A stretch of DNA of 63,994 nt, the filler included, from Diploschistes diacapsis (Eukaryota): NCBI GenBank assembly GCA_023645945.1. It is 5 parts of 5 records of this genome, joined end to end, with 100 filler letters (N's around TTAATTAATTAA, not from the genome) between each part and the next. Parts side by side here need not be neighbours in the genome. Positions count along the whole stretch, not along the records: positions 1 to 8,168 come from JALAIB010001187.1; positions 8,269 to 16,421 come from JALAIB010001188.1; 3 more parts are not named here. The stretch is one strand, 5' to 3'. A program made the position numbers and the translations under genes. Shown here piece by piece: positions 1-12,219 of this stretch; the stretch's first letter is position 1, and each line of letters opens with the position of its first letter. A model generated the notes under the pieces. That model saw only the letters and a program-made list of their open reading frames with translations. It searched no databases and was not told where the DNA came from.

Positions 1-367
1 CCCCCCGCCTGACGTTTCCCACTGTCATGCACCTCACAACCTACGGTGCACGCGGTTTGCTTTTGCCCCTAGACACGGGAGAAGGGCAGGGCTTCAAGCA
101 GACTCATTCAGTTGCTAACGTAAAGACGTCTCTAATTCTTCGGCCACATCAAGCGTGCACCCCTTTGCCCAGCTGCCAGTGCTCTACGAAGCTTCAGTCA
201 TAAATGAATGATTTGTCAAGCCGCTCCTTCAGTTAACGGCCCTTTTTCGATTCGAGATATACACTCCCGAAAGTGAAGCTCTGGGCTCTGATTACCAGCA
301 GTGTCAGGTACCTTGTTCAGCTGCCTCTCCTCTTCACGGTTTGGGAGGTTGAGTTGAGGTGGTGGGG

Positions 368-2524
368 ATGGCATCCCCTGTGAAGGAAGGAAAGAAGCGG
401 ATAAGGCAAGGGGACAAGCTGAAGGACCAGAAGGGCAAAGATACCATATCAACACCTGTTTTGGTCTTCACGGATGCCGAGACTCGCAATGATCTATATG
501 CGCCAGATCGAGCTCCCGGCTCTGGGGAAATTCCACCGCCGGATACGGCCAACGTCACTGGCGCACCGAGGCCTTTGCGCAAGAGAACCCATCTCGCTAA
601 CCTGATGCTGCAATCACCATCCATACCATCTCCGCCCAAGAGAGATGGCTACGATTCCTGGCCAAGTCCTAGCGAAAGCTTATCGTCGGCAGTGGGCATC
701 GGCCTAGCTGTGGGCAGTCCAGGCCAAAGTCCATGGGCTCACAACGAAGCGCTGGCGAGTTCGAGCACTGTGGACAGTCGAGGGCCATCTCCGTTGGGCA
801 CCTCAGCTCCAGTACCCCCGATTCAAGCGGACGATGGGTTCAAAGACCGAGGAAGGTGGAATTTTTTCGGTGCGCTCTTTAATAAGAAACCGGCATCGAA
901 TCCTACAACACCAGCACCATTCTACAAAGCCCAGGTTCCCAAATCCGCAAGCCAAATGCGATACCAGCCTACGGTCAGCCATGCAGCTTCCTCAAAACAT
1001 CGAAGGGTGTCGAGTCGCAGCTTAGACAACTTCCATAGCGGTGCAAATACCACCCCAATCTCCACTGCATGGAAGCCAAGGCAGCTTCCTCCTAGACCTC
1101 CGACGAGAAAAGCACCAACAGCGCCAGCCGCAAATTCTGTCCGGAGCCCTCCGCCGCCTCCCAAAGACTATGTCACCAAACCGCTTACGGTCTCAGAAAA
1201 CATAGCAGCAACGCAGCCCATCATCAAACCCAAGACTAGACTTCCAGTAGCAGGTGATATTGCGCATAACGCAAAGCTAAATCTGCTGGCAATCGATATA
1301 CCTGATGTATCCATGGAAAGATACAGTATCATGTTCGGCGATGTCCTAAAGCCACGTCAATCTTTGCTTGCACGGCGGCATGGTCAGCTGCCGCAGCTAA
1401 CGATGCCTGGCGCATCAAAGGTATGAGTGTCCATGCCCATGCCGACAATACGCTAATTCGTAAAGGAGGAAACCTGCAAAGCCTCAGAAACCCATCATAT
1501 TGTCCGTCGAGCTACCGTACCGTCCCCTACTTTCTCCCTTTTCCCACTCCCACCCTCTCGAAACGGACCAGGTGTGTCCCATCCACCCGTCCCGCGTCCG
1601 CTCCAACGCTCGGCTACCGCGCCGGCGGTGTCGCCACGCGCCGGCGGCTCCTCAAATGCCGGTCACCCGAAGAGGCAAGACTCTCGTGTCAGGCGCGCCC
1701 CTTGCAGTCCTTCTCAAAGCTCCGACACCCCAGTCAGCCTACATGACCAATGGCACTCAGACCACTCGCCCGTATCCACAGTGGCAAGTGAAGAAGAGGA
1801 TTTAGACGACAGTCAACTTCAGACAATTAATCCTACTATGCCAGAACTCAACTCTATGTCAATAGAAGATTATCCGCAATCAGCGTCTGCCAGCACAGAT
1901 GGAGTGGAGTTACAAGCACCCATCCAACTACTTGTGCCGTTGAAAGCGTCCCTGCCGGCTCGCTCAGAGAACAAGCCTCGAACGGACCCGTCGAACCCCA
2001 CCCCTCATGAACGAAAAGTTCCCAACAAGCAGCTACCCTCCCCCCCAATACCACGGGAGCCGAGCTCGCCAAGCCAACGGATTGTCCACACGGCAGAAGA
2101 TTTCAGACAGATCATGCAACTCAACCCCTTAAAGTCAGCCCCTGCTTCTGCAGCTGAAATCTCTATAGCCCGAAAGCTGTCACTGTCTCGCAGGCAACAG
2201 AAGTCGGCAACCACAGAGTCAGCCCCTGCTTCCACGGCCGAAACCTCCCTATCCCGGAAGATATCACTGCCTCGCAGGCAACAGAAGCCGGTAACCACAG
2301 AGTCAGCCCCTACTTCTGGGACAGAAATCTCCCTAGCCCGAAAGATATCCCTGTCTCGCAGACAGCAGATGCTGGTCCCTGTGGTTCCTAAGGCGGTGCA
2401 GCAACGTCAGCTACCCAAGCTCGTTAACCCTGATGATTTGCCAGAACCGCCGTCCCAGGGACGAAAGATATCTGTCAGTCGAGCACGGGAGAGAAGCCAA
2501 TACATTGTGTTAGAAACTGTTTGA
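368..2524 (+). CDS. Uncharacterised Ser/Pro-rich fungal protein, 2 exons (368-1420, 1466-2524)
   Basis: ORFs 359-1426 and 1574-2524 join in frame across a 45-nt intron 1421-1465 (GTATGA..GCTAAT..AAG). The motif LLAIDIPDVSMERYSIMFG..SLLARR resembles a conserved Pezizomycotina hypothetical family. The 5' start is uncertain. Confidence 0.75.
2133..2368 (+). repeat. 84-bp coding tandem repeat, about 2.8 copies
   Basis: Units start with AGTCAGCCCC at 2133, 2217 and 2301 and encode 28-aa repeats of the form SAP.S..E.S..RK.SL.RRQQ. Confidence 0.9.
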
Positions 2525-3319
2525 TGACGAACATGAATAGAGGGACATGTTGAAGCGGAACACGGACGGACGGCGAGCCACGTTACACGCGTTGAAGGTC
2601 TGGAGGACCCTTGCATATGTTTGACGATTTTCTAATTCGAACGCCTATGTTTGTGTGCCGTCTTCGACGCAATCGAGCCAATTCGATTCTGTATATATTT
2701 TCAAGCCGCGGCGCTAGAAGCTGCAGGCTAAGCTTTACTATGGATACAATGTGGACGATCTGATCTGTTGCGGCCATTTACTCAAATGTGCCCATTTTTC
2801 GCCCTGTCAGCTTCTGTATAAAGTCCTAAGCTACGTTCAAAGGCTAATCATGCTTCTCCTCCATTCGGAACTTAGATGACCGACAGCCTCAATCTGGTAA
2901 TGTACAATGTATAGGGGCATCAAGGGGTTAGAATTGGGCCACCCTGTAGGGCAGTGGACTGAAAGCGGCTTAGCCCCGGTCACGTGGTGGTTTTGTTCTC
3001 GTTTAAATTGCACATCCGCTAATCTCATCTGACAGACTTTTTTTTAGCCCATCTTTACAGAATAACCATCCATGACCGCCATGCCATCAAAGCCCGTTTC
3101 TTCTATGCGCTCGCTTCCCTCGTTGATCTGGTTTATGGAAAGTGTACGGATGTTTTAAAGCTTGATTACGCCTAATCATTTCAGTGACGGGGCTTTGGGA
3201 GACTGAGCAGCTCATACTTTACACGCCTTCTCCCTCCTAACGCAAGTCTTGATTACATTATTAGCACCCCATTGCATGCATATAAATCCAACTTCTTGCA
3301 TCAGGATTAGATTCAAGTA

Positions 3320-5218
3320 ATGGAGAACTCTACTAATGGCAATGAAGCTGTCACCGCTTCACCGGAGAATGAGGAGGTGGTCCCTGGCGACCCCTCTAGC
3401 CCATCTGCTGCAGATCAGTCCCAGGATGATACATCTACTGTTTGGCCGCAACCTAAACGAGGCATACGTGAGCTACGCAATCCGGTCCCATTTGTGGAGC
3501 ATATGCGGCAGGCATTGTTTCACTTGAAGGAACCAATCGAGCTAAAGGAAGAAGAATTCGAGAGATACTGGCCCTACATTGACAATGTTTGGGTTAGACA
3601 GCACAAAGCCGGCATCGAAAAGTCTGGGAGATCTAACATAGACTACTATGCGTGCCGGTTACAGCGTCCAACGTATACTCCGAGACGCACAAGCCAGCCA
3701 CGTCCGGATGGAGAGCCTCGAAGAAAGAAGAAAACTAGGGAAGGGGGCACTTGCCAAGTCCGTGCCAAGGTCTTAAGGCACCAGGGAGAGGTTAAACAGC
3801 TCACTATTTGTAGGATAGGTGAACAGGAGCATACGCATGACTTGGACCATCTCGACAAGATTAAAAGGAACTCGGCCGTGATGGACATTGCTCGCTCCGA
3901 AGTGATGAAGGGCTATATGCCTGCCTCGGTCTTTACAGTCATGCAAGAGGAACCGGAGAAGCTGGCTGCCATCGGTGGAAAATACATCAATCGAAATGAT
4001 GTTCGAAATACTTCGCAGCAGTGGCGCCAATCTTTCAAGGGAGATCTGGCTGTGCATCCAGGATATAAATACGATCTGGGTAACGGCATTCTCAATATCA
4101 ATCGCCTCACCGACGACGCAGTGGAAGCTCCTCAACCGTTACTCCCAGCTCCGCAACTTCCCCCACTCCCAGCCGACACTCTTTACTTTGCGCCTCCTAT
4201 GTCAGGATTCCTAGTCTCGTACCTTCCGTCCCAACAACCTGTACCGCCTCGGGGTTTTCCTCATGTCACTCTGACCTATGCAACTTCGATGGACTCATTC
4301 TTGGCGCTTTCTCCCACTACGCCAACGCCGATCTCAGGCGCTGGAACAAAGGCAATGACCCATTATCTTCGCTCATGCCACGATGCAATTCTGGTTGGAG
4401 TAGGTACAGCAATAGCAGATAACCCAACTCTCAATTGCCGTCTAGCTGGCGCAGGCGGTTACGGTGGCATAGGCTGGATGCACCACCCGCGGCCAATCGT
4501 CATAGATCCAAGTGCGCGCTGGCAGATAAACGATGAGTCGAATGTACTTCGCGCAGTGAAGCAAGGCCGAGGTCGTGCGCCATGGATCATTGTTGCCCCT
4601 GGCTCCCCTGTCGACCAGCAAAAGATTGAGACTCTGAAAGCGCACGGTGGCAAGTACCTCGGTCTTACGGATTATGATGCGCGCTACCGCCTCAGTTGGG
4701 CAAGTATCTTTCGCGCTTTAGCCGATGCCGGCATTCGGAGTGTGATGGTTGAGGGCGGAGGCATCGTTATCAATGAGCTTTTGCGGCCAGAAAATGTTGG
4801 GCTGGTCAATAATGTCATTGTCACCATCGCGCCGACATATCTGGGCACTGGTGGTGTAGTGGTTTGTCCTAACCGGAGGATTGATCATCTTGGTACGCCA
4901 ATTCCTGCACTGAGATTCCGCGACGTGAGGTGGCAGCCTTTGGGAGAAGATGTTGTAATGTGTGGACGCCTGAATGCCTCTTCTGAAGCATCTGGCCAGG
5001 TTGGACCGGGTATGCTTGGTCCGGCTTCGATTCGGGATCCCAGCCAGTTGCCGATAAATCCTGGTCAGAGCATCTTTCCTATGAGAGGCAGCACAAGTTC
5101 CACTGCACTGGTACCGGCAGCCAGCGCAGCAGATGATGAGAGGGCAAATTCGGTGTTCGTTCAGCTTGAACAAGCTGCTAAATTTGGCCCAACGGAGCAA
5201 GAGACCTTGAGTCAATGA
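3320..5218 (+). CDS. RIB7: Rib7-like 2,5-diamino-6-ribosylamino-4(3H)-pyrimidinone 5'-phosphate reductase (RibD C-terminal domain) with an N-terminal WRKY/FAR1/MULE-like zinc-binding domain
   Basis: Single 632-aa ORF. The C-terminal half has Rib7 motifs PHVTLTYATSMDS, TKAMTHYLRSCHDAILVGVGTAIADNPTLNCRL, PRPIVID and SVMVEGGGIVINELL. The N-terminal half has C112-x32-C145-x25-H171-x-H173. Confidence 0.85.
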   Translation: MENSTNGNEAVTASPENEEVVPGDPSSPSAADQSQDDTSTVWPQPKRGIRELRNPVPFVEHMRQALFHLKEPIELKEEEFERYWPYIDNVWVRQHKAGIEKSGRSNIDYYACRLQRPTYTPRRTSQPRPDGEPRRKKKTREGGTCQVRAKVLRHQGEVKQLTICRIGEQEHTHDLDHLDKIKRNSAVMDIARSEVMKGYMPASVFTVMQEEPEKLAAIGGKYINRNDVRNTSQQWRQSFKGDLAVHPGYKYDLGNGILNINRLTDDAVEAPQPLLPAPQLPPLPADTLYFAPPMSGFLVSYLPSQQPVPPRGFPHVTLTYATSMDSFLALSPTTPTPISGAGTKAMTHYLRSCHDAILVGVGTAIADNPTLNCRLAGAGGYGGIGWMHHPRPIVIDPSARWQINDESNVLRAVKQGRGRAPWIIVAPGSPVDQQKIETLKAHGGKYLGLTDYDARYRLSWASIFRALADAGIRSVMVEGGGIVINELLRPENVGLVNNVIVTIAPTYLGTGGVVVCPNRRIDHLGTPIPALRFRDVRWQPLGEDVVMCGRLNASSEASGQVGPGMLGPASIRDPSQLPINPGQSIFPMRGSTSSTALVPAASAADDERANSVFVQLEQAAKFGPTEQETLSQ

Positions 5219-8168
5219 TTCTCACGCAAAACGTATGAGCGCTGTTCTACGCACCAGTAGCCGTGTGTTTCTTCTTTATGGCCACAGATTCTCGTATGAA
5301 TGTACGTTATGTGAAACAAAATAAAGACGCTTTACTGAATGATTGACTATTGGTGGATTGAACACCGAACAGATGGTCGCTTGCCCGGATATCGATCATA
5401 AGGAGGCGCACCGTTGACTCCGTTGTCAAGTTTCAATCCTTTGCTCGCATCTACGGAGAACTGTCTGCGGCATGGATGGGAAGGCCCGGAAACATAACAG
5501 GAACATTCTCAAATATTTCCTGAACCCAAAGGAACCCTTGGCACAGCGTGTCCTGCCCGTCTCTACCGGTAACAAGATCCAGTCGCTTAACCAAGACTCT
5601 CAACTTCTTTCGCCACGGAAAGCACCAATGACTATTTTACACTTCAGGGAAGGTCTGCGATCGAGAAGCTTAGATCTGAAGATAAGGAACTTTGCGCTGT
5701 TGTGGGATCGCGGCCATGAATGTGATTGCATTACTTCTAGGGACATAGTAATGGTCAATTAATTAACTAGCGGCTTATTTGGTGTGATGGCACGTGGCTG
5801 GTAATCCCATCTATATTCTGGCAGATTCCAGGCAACAAACGACACAGTCGTCAACTGTGAATCTGACGAGGCCGCAATCTTAGAGGCGGCTATCCAGCTT
5901 CTCGTAAGCCAGCCGGTAGGTCTTCATGGTCCCTCTTGGTTAATAGCAGCAGGCTGATGCTTTATAGTCTTCTACTAACGAATAGAGTAACCACATCAAG
6001 CATTCCTTGGCTTGGAAGAAGTCGTTTGCCTTAGCCACATCTATGAATACTTGTAATGTGTGAAACGAATCAGAAATGGTTACTCGAAAAGGTGAAATTT
6101 CAAATTGAGAACTTTCTTGAGCCTACAAGCGGAGACTGTCAATTGCTTTCCCTGCGTTATTCGGGCGTACTTTTGTGGGAGATTTTGCGTAAATCGACGC
6201 GTTCCATGATCTGATTGATATCACCAGTGCTTCAGGCGGTTTATTGCATCTTTAACAAATACTATCAACGCATCTATCGAGGAGGAGAGACGCTCGTTCT
6301 AGCAGTAGGCGAGATTTTGCCCTATCAGACAGGATCTAGTGAGAAAAGCCCGGTTATTCTTGAATGTGGTGGCAGTCAGCTGGCTCGGTGCGGTTTGGAT
6401 TAGTTCCAGACTCTGAGCCCCCATCCGACAGCTGGCAACGACTGCATTGGGAAGACTAGCACCTTTCTCTATTCCGGCGGAGGTCTACGAAATCCAAGAA
6501 TAGAGGGCTAGCTTGTCAGAGCTGCACAGTCAAAAGAGATTTAAACCTCCATGTCGCTTTGATCGACCTGCAACCACTCTGATGGTGACGATGAATGGCC
6601 TTGGGTAGTGTGATACCGAATCGAAAAGGTGGCTTGTCGATATATCCAGGCATCAGGCCGCCCAGACCTTTGAAGTGTCCACAATATCTCATGTTCAGCA
6701 CCTTTTGAGGAACATGAGAGGCTGTCTGAGCCCGCGGCCTGATATCAAGAGCAATGCTTCGCAGAGAGCAAAAAACAGTATTGGAATGATAGAGAGTCCC
6801 TGTTACAGGCGCTACCTTTTGTTCAGGAAAGCGTTCGGAATCTATTCTGGCAGGTTTTGCTACAGCGGATGCCTCCAATGTTAGGATAAGTGAAGAGCTT
6901 GACCTTTACCTTGCACCACAGCTCTTTCCTCTTACAACGCAAGTAGTTACCCAATTTCTGTGTATGTAGTATTTCCACATCGCTTCGTTCCATCTGCGAT
7001 TTCGACCAAGCGGAGTTCGGTACTTACGAACGCAGTCTCTAGATACATATAGGCATCAGTTGCGCAGGCTCTCTGAATCCAACTCTCCCAACCAGCTCAT
7101 TCACCGCAGGAACAACGACCTTCTCCGCTGCCAAAGGCCCTCTCCTACGCTTTCCTTCCAGCGCCAACAGTCACGACGAAATCGCAGGAAACCAAGATCA
7201 AAGGCAGAAAGAAAAGCTCGTTCAAGTACGGAACAGGATGTGAAACCCCTTGCCAACTAAACTACCAGCACCATCTCTCAACCGCCTGGGTAGAGCAGCC
7301 GGACCTTCCAGATCCCTTAGCACTTGCCCGCTCACTCTCCTCCGGATCTACGGGACGATATGTATTGTTTCCCTTCAACTCATCCAACGTCCACCACTTT
7401 CCACTCTTCCACCTTCCACCCTCTCACGAACACCATTTATAACCGGAAGATGGACTCGCAGTCCAACGCACAGCCCAGTGAATCGGGAACGTGAAAGGAA
7501 AAGAAGACTCAAATTATATAGATTCAAAGAACCCAAAAAGAGTTCTCGGCTGGTTTACTGGTACTCGGCTATGGCTGCTCACGTTATTGATAACAACGTT
7601 CGTCAGCACTGTTTTCTGGCTCATCCTCCTGCCGCTTAGAAGCCTCCAAGTTCTACTGATGCGATGACGGGAGGCTATGGGCAACAGCGGCGCCTAAATC
7701 AGCGACCGCTCGACCATCGAGGAACAAGATGAGGAGCAGTACTTGGCCAACACCAAACCGACTTCCGCGGCAAGCTCAGAAGTTAGGTAGAACCAGAAAC
7801 CTCTTGCTCGGTGGTACTTGATTGTGCATTTATCCCAAGGCACGCGCCGTTGACGTTTAAAGTAAGGGTTTTGTTCTCCTCCTAAAGCGAACTGTGGGTT
7901 TTCTTAGACAAGTGATGTCGTCTTCTAAGTTCTTTAAAACTAATAGAAAAAGTCAAAAGAGTGTTATGTAACTATATTTTTTAAATAGAGTGTTGACCGT
8001 GGGTAGTAGTACGTCATAAGATTATATCAAATTAACTTAGATTTCTTCGATTTGCTAAATGAATTAACAAATTAATTTTACATCATTTTTAAATAATTTT
8101 AAAACTTTTTTTTGGATATTCTTGTCGCCAAAGAGCATTGAAGTTATGTATAACGTGTTTCACGGGGA

Positions 8169-8268
8169 NNNNNNNNNNNNNNNNNNNNNNNNNNNNNNNN
8201 NNNNNNNNNNNNTTAATTAATTAANNNNNNNNNNNNNNNNNNNNNNNNNNNNNNNNNNNNNNNNNNNN
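8169..8268. other. Artificial contig-joining linker
   Basis: 44 N + TTAATTAATTAA (stops in all six frames) + 44 N. Confidence 0.97.
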
Positions 8269-10076
8269 GTAAGTTGGAGGATTATGGGAAGGAGTGAGTG
8301 GAGTGGCCATTTCTTGTTCCCCTGCTGTTGTGGTTCAGCACTTTGCTGTTGGGGGGGGTTGTGGATGTGGTTGAGCGGTGCTGGTTGGGTGGTTGCTGAC
8401 GGGCTGCGAGCAGGCATCATCATGGCGGACATGATTCGGGTGGGCACCATTGCAGCGAGCATCACATGATGAGCGACAAGGAGAGGCGCAAGATGGCGAA
8501 AGAGGAGCGGAAGCATGAGAGGAAGGTGAGGAAGGAGGAGAGGAAGCATGGGCTTTTGGGGCATGGGCGAGGGCATCATGGACGTGGGCGGTCGTTGAGT
8601 TGCGGTGGCTCGAGCTCGAGTAGCAGCAGTGATAGTGATTAGTGGTTCGTGGTGCAGGCTGAAGGTGGCCGTGCGAGAAGGTTGACAACCAGCGCCTCGC
8701 GAGCATGCAGTGGAGCAGGTTCCATGCACTGTTTCTGTTGTCAAATTCAACTTGCCTCTGTGAAGCATGAACAGAAGCGATATATAATAATAGACGATGA
8801 TCTTTCAAGGTCCACTCACTGGCGGCGCGTAGAAGTATGGTCGACCGGAAGAAACCAAAGACCTGCTGGCCTTGACCTATTGCATTGCTGATACTTCACA
8901 CAAACATTTCTCAGCCTTTGCGAACCTGCGAAACATAAGAATCCACAAGTGATGAAGGCAGTAACCAAAGCGGCATGGAGGCATGCTAAAGCCAAAGCCA
9001 TTTCTATCTGCGACTCCCGATCCTCCTTCTCGAAAGCAACACAGTAACTCATGACAAGGAGCCTCATGCGCCCCGCAGAAGCAATAAGAAAGAAAGAAAT
9101 CTCCCCTAGGAGGTAGACCTGCTTGGTTGTAGTTGCCATCATCTCACTATACACTCCTATACCGGCATGTAGGCTTAGCCAATTACAAGGAAGTAGGATT
9201 CGAAAAGAATGATGTTACTGCTTCCATTCCGGCTTCGGCTCGTAGAGACTTGTTCATTTCGTCTACTGGAGGATTAACCAGATGGCCTGCTTACTTGTGC
9301 TTATGGCAACTTACCTCTGCTTGAATGTGCCTTTCGACGTTAGTCTGAGGCTTCGGGAGACTTTTCGGGGCAAGGCTCGGATGTTTGTCCATGAGGGCTG
9401 CATATGTTAGAGTCGTATCATCGAAAAACTGAGTAAGATCTCGGATGAATTGTGCACAGAGAGAAAGAGGGCGTCCAAGCGTCAGACAAAATCCGAATGT
9501 ACAGGTAGCTACTCGATCGAAGTTTCGGTTGCATATAAGGGGACTTCAAAAAGTTCACATAAGAATCCACCCTATCTTGCTCAATCGTTTTGTCTTCCTC
9601 CAATTCTCCAACACCGCCGTGCTTCACATCCGCATACTAGCCATTTGTACTTATCTTTTCTTCCCTACTGCTTAACCAGAGTAAATTTTACCTTTCCTTC
9701 ACTCTCGCGTGATGACGCCTTGAAAGCCCATGCCATTTGTTATCGAATCCATTGGGTCTAACACATGAAACATGCTGAAGAGCTTCAGGCCCATCATTCT
9801 TCTCAATCTTTTTGATTCAAGTCATATACGCGCGTAAATACTGACAAGCGTTTGGAAGGAGAGGTGGAAAACAGGGAAATAGTGCATACGCAACAAGCAA
9901 TACATTAGAGGTAGTAATAGAATTGTAAATATATTTACGCTCCATTGTCTTTGGGAGACCGAGAGCCGAGCATAGGCCTGAGCACGATCAATGGCACGAC
10001 ATGGTAGATGTACATGTTTTTGCCGTTATCATGTTATATATTGTAAGTTGAAAGTTAATTTACAATCAACATACTT

Positions 10077-10161
10077 GGGCTTGTGGTCTAATGGCTATGA
10101 TTCTTCCTTAGCATTCCTGAATGTTTGGAAGGGGTTCCGCGTTCGATTCGCGGCAAGTCCA
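10077..10161 (+). tRNA. tRNA-Ala (anticodon AGC) with a 12-nt intron (10114-10125)
   Basis: Acceptor stem GGGCTTG/CAAGTCC includes the G3:U70 alanine identity pair. Anticodon stem CTTCC/GGAAG, AGC at 10110-10112, T-arm CCGCG-TTCGATT-CGCGG, discriminator A, and a downstream T-run (Pol III terminator). Confidence 0.95.
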
Positions 10162-10454
10162 ACTTTTGCTTCATATTTTCTTTTTACATAAGAACCAACT
10201 GATAATGTTACAGGACAAGTCAATGGACCATTTTTGCAACCTATACACACATCGTGAGTATACCTGGCATCCTGTTCAGTCGATAGGCTTTGGCCACAGC
10301 AAAGCCGATTATTGCCGGTAACTCCTGCGGTAACCGAATAATTGAGGCAGCAATTTGTGCCTTCTCCTATCTATCCTCCCTTCTTGTCTTCAAACTATGG
10401 AATCTTAAAGACGAAAACACTTTCTGGCCCTTCGCTTACAGGTTCAACGCTGCC

Positions 10455-12219
10455 ATGAGGCAGGTCAAAGTCTTTTCAGGTAGCTCGCATCCCGCGCTCG
10501 CGCGATCAATATGCGAACGCTTGGGCACAGAACCATCAGCTTGCGAGCTCACGAAATTCAGCAATGGAGAGACATGTGTCAATATCGGCACGTCCATACG
10601 CAATCAGGACATCTATATTGTGCAAAGTGGCAGTAGGCAGATCAATGATAGCATCATGGAGCTGCTAATCATGATATCTGCCTGCAAAGGCGGATCCGCA
10701 AGAACAATCACTGGTCAGTTCGTTGGCACAGGTAAGGAATCTGGCTAACTAATGTAGCTGTTATACCGTGAGTTGATCGTCCAGAAGTATGTCTGCCTCA
10801 ACTGAGTATTTGAAGCTATTTTCCATATTGCCGGCAGTCGAAGAAGAAATCACATCGAGGTGCAATTACTGCGCGGATGCTAGCAAATCTACTATCAGTA
10901 GCCGGGGTGGACCACATCATCACAATCGACCTTCATGTATGACTTTGACTTGGATGTTGCTACATTCGTTAACCCTATAGGCCCCTCCTATGCAAGGCTT
11001 TTTCGGCAAGCCAGTCGACGATCTCCACGCCGAACCGTTGATAGCTCGATGGATACGGCACAATGTTGAGAACTGGCAAGATGCAGTTGTTGTGAGTAAG
11101 AACCCGGGTGGATCGAAAAGAGTCACCTCCCTAGCGGACGCTTTGAAGTTGAGTTTCGGAATCATTACAACAGATCGACGTCGTCAAGCGTTACCAGGAA
11201 GTGCGCTGCTAGAGTCAGGCTCGTTTATCAGTACTTTGATGGGCATTGATGGCGCTCCAGAAGAGCGCAATGGCTCGTCACACAGTCGAAGAATAGGTGG
11301 TGACATAACGGCAGATCTCAATGGGGCGATGCCCACAATTACTCCAGCAAGATCGAATGTCACTTCACAAGGTTCCAGGCTCTCATATCCCAATTCTCCT
11401 AATCCACGTCAGGATAGAGATGTGCCAAGATCGAATCCGTTGCAACAATCTGAAAGGGCAGGTAGAGAATCGCCGGACCCAAGAATGAGGGTCCAGCGCA
11501 GTCAGACAACCCCCAGTCCACTACGAGCACTGCAGCCTGTTGATAGTAATCGAGATGCTGACGAAGAGTTCACTGATGAGAGAGCTCGTGAGGTAATTAC
11601 GGGGAGGTTGATTCGGGGTCATATTGTTGACGATGATTTCCCTTCTCCCATGTTATCCACCATGTCCGGTTCAATTGCCAACTTAGCGGAAGACCAACTT
11701 GGACCGTCACACTTTGATTATCAGCAAAGGGACCCAATGACGGCCTCGATATTGTCTACAGTGTCGTCGCAACCGGACAATGCCATATCTGGCACTTACG
11801 ATCATGCTACGCTGTCGGACGAGGAAGAAGAAGACAAGCTCAAAGACCCCGAGGTCGAACATACCATCACTTTGGTTGGCGACGTGAATCAGAAGACTGT
11901 GCTGATCATAGATGATATAATGGACAGGTCCGAGTCCTGGATTGCAGCCGCCGAGACAGTCGTCAAACGCGGTGACGCTATGAAGGTGTACTGCATAGCC
12001 ACCCATGGCGTCTTTGGAGAAAACGCGCTTGCTGAGCTCGAGCAGTGTGACTGTATCGACTCGATAGTTGTCTCCGATACGTTTCCAATCGACCCTCGTG
12101 AAGCAAATTCCGCCAAGAAGCTCGTTATTCTGAGCATGGCAGGCATGCTAGCTGAAGCCATAAGACGCAACCATTATGGTGAGAGTATCACACAAATATA
12201 CCAATATTATCGAGACTAA
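10455..12219 (+). CDS. PRS1: Ribose-phosphate pyrophosphokinase, Prs1-type with a large non-homologous insertion; exons 10455-10713, 10758-10767, 10816-10936, 10981-12219
   Basis: [93 protein letters not shown]. All three introns are GT-AG with branch sites and the spliced frame is continuous. Confidence 0.92.

Noticed and set aside
2133..2368. Repeat array considered as CRISPR-like
   Set aside because: Eukaryotic, in-frame coding repeats with no unique spacers.
5300..7900. Short ORFs with faint hAT- or NACHT-like fragments
   Set aside because: No motif series could be traced in any frame; left unannotated.
8151..8168. TA+ACGTG at the contig end, like a Fot1-type left TIR
   Set aside because: Only 16 nt are visible and they do not match the TIR at 56321-56364 beyond ACGT.
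8213..8224. TTAATTAATTAA palindrome recurring at about 8.25-kb spacing, suggesting a regular array or piggyBac TTAA sites
   Set aside because: Always embedded in N44 flanks; it is a synthetic six-frame-stop linker and the spacing reflects contig lengths.
8269..8808. Minus-strand ORFs of 157-183 aa
   Set aside because: They arise from low-complexity G/A-rich sequence at a contig end and show no domain signal.
11170..11850. Large insertion inside PRS
   Set aside because: This is the known non-homologous region of Prs1-type subunits, not novel.
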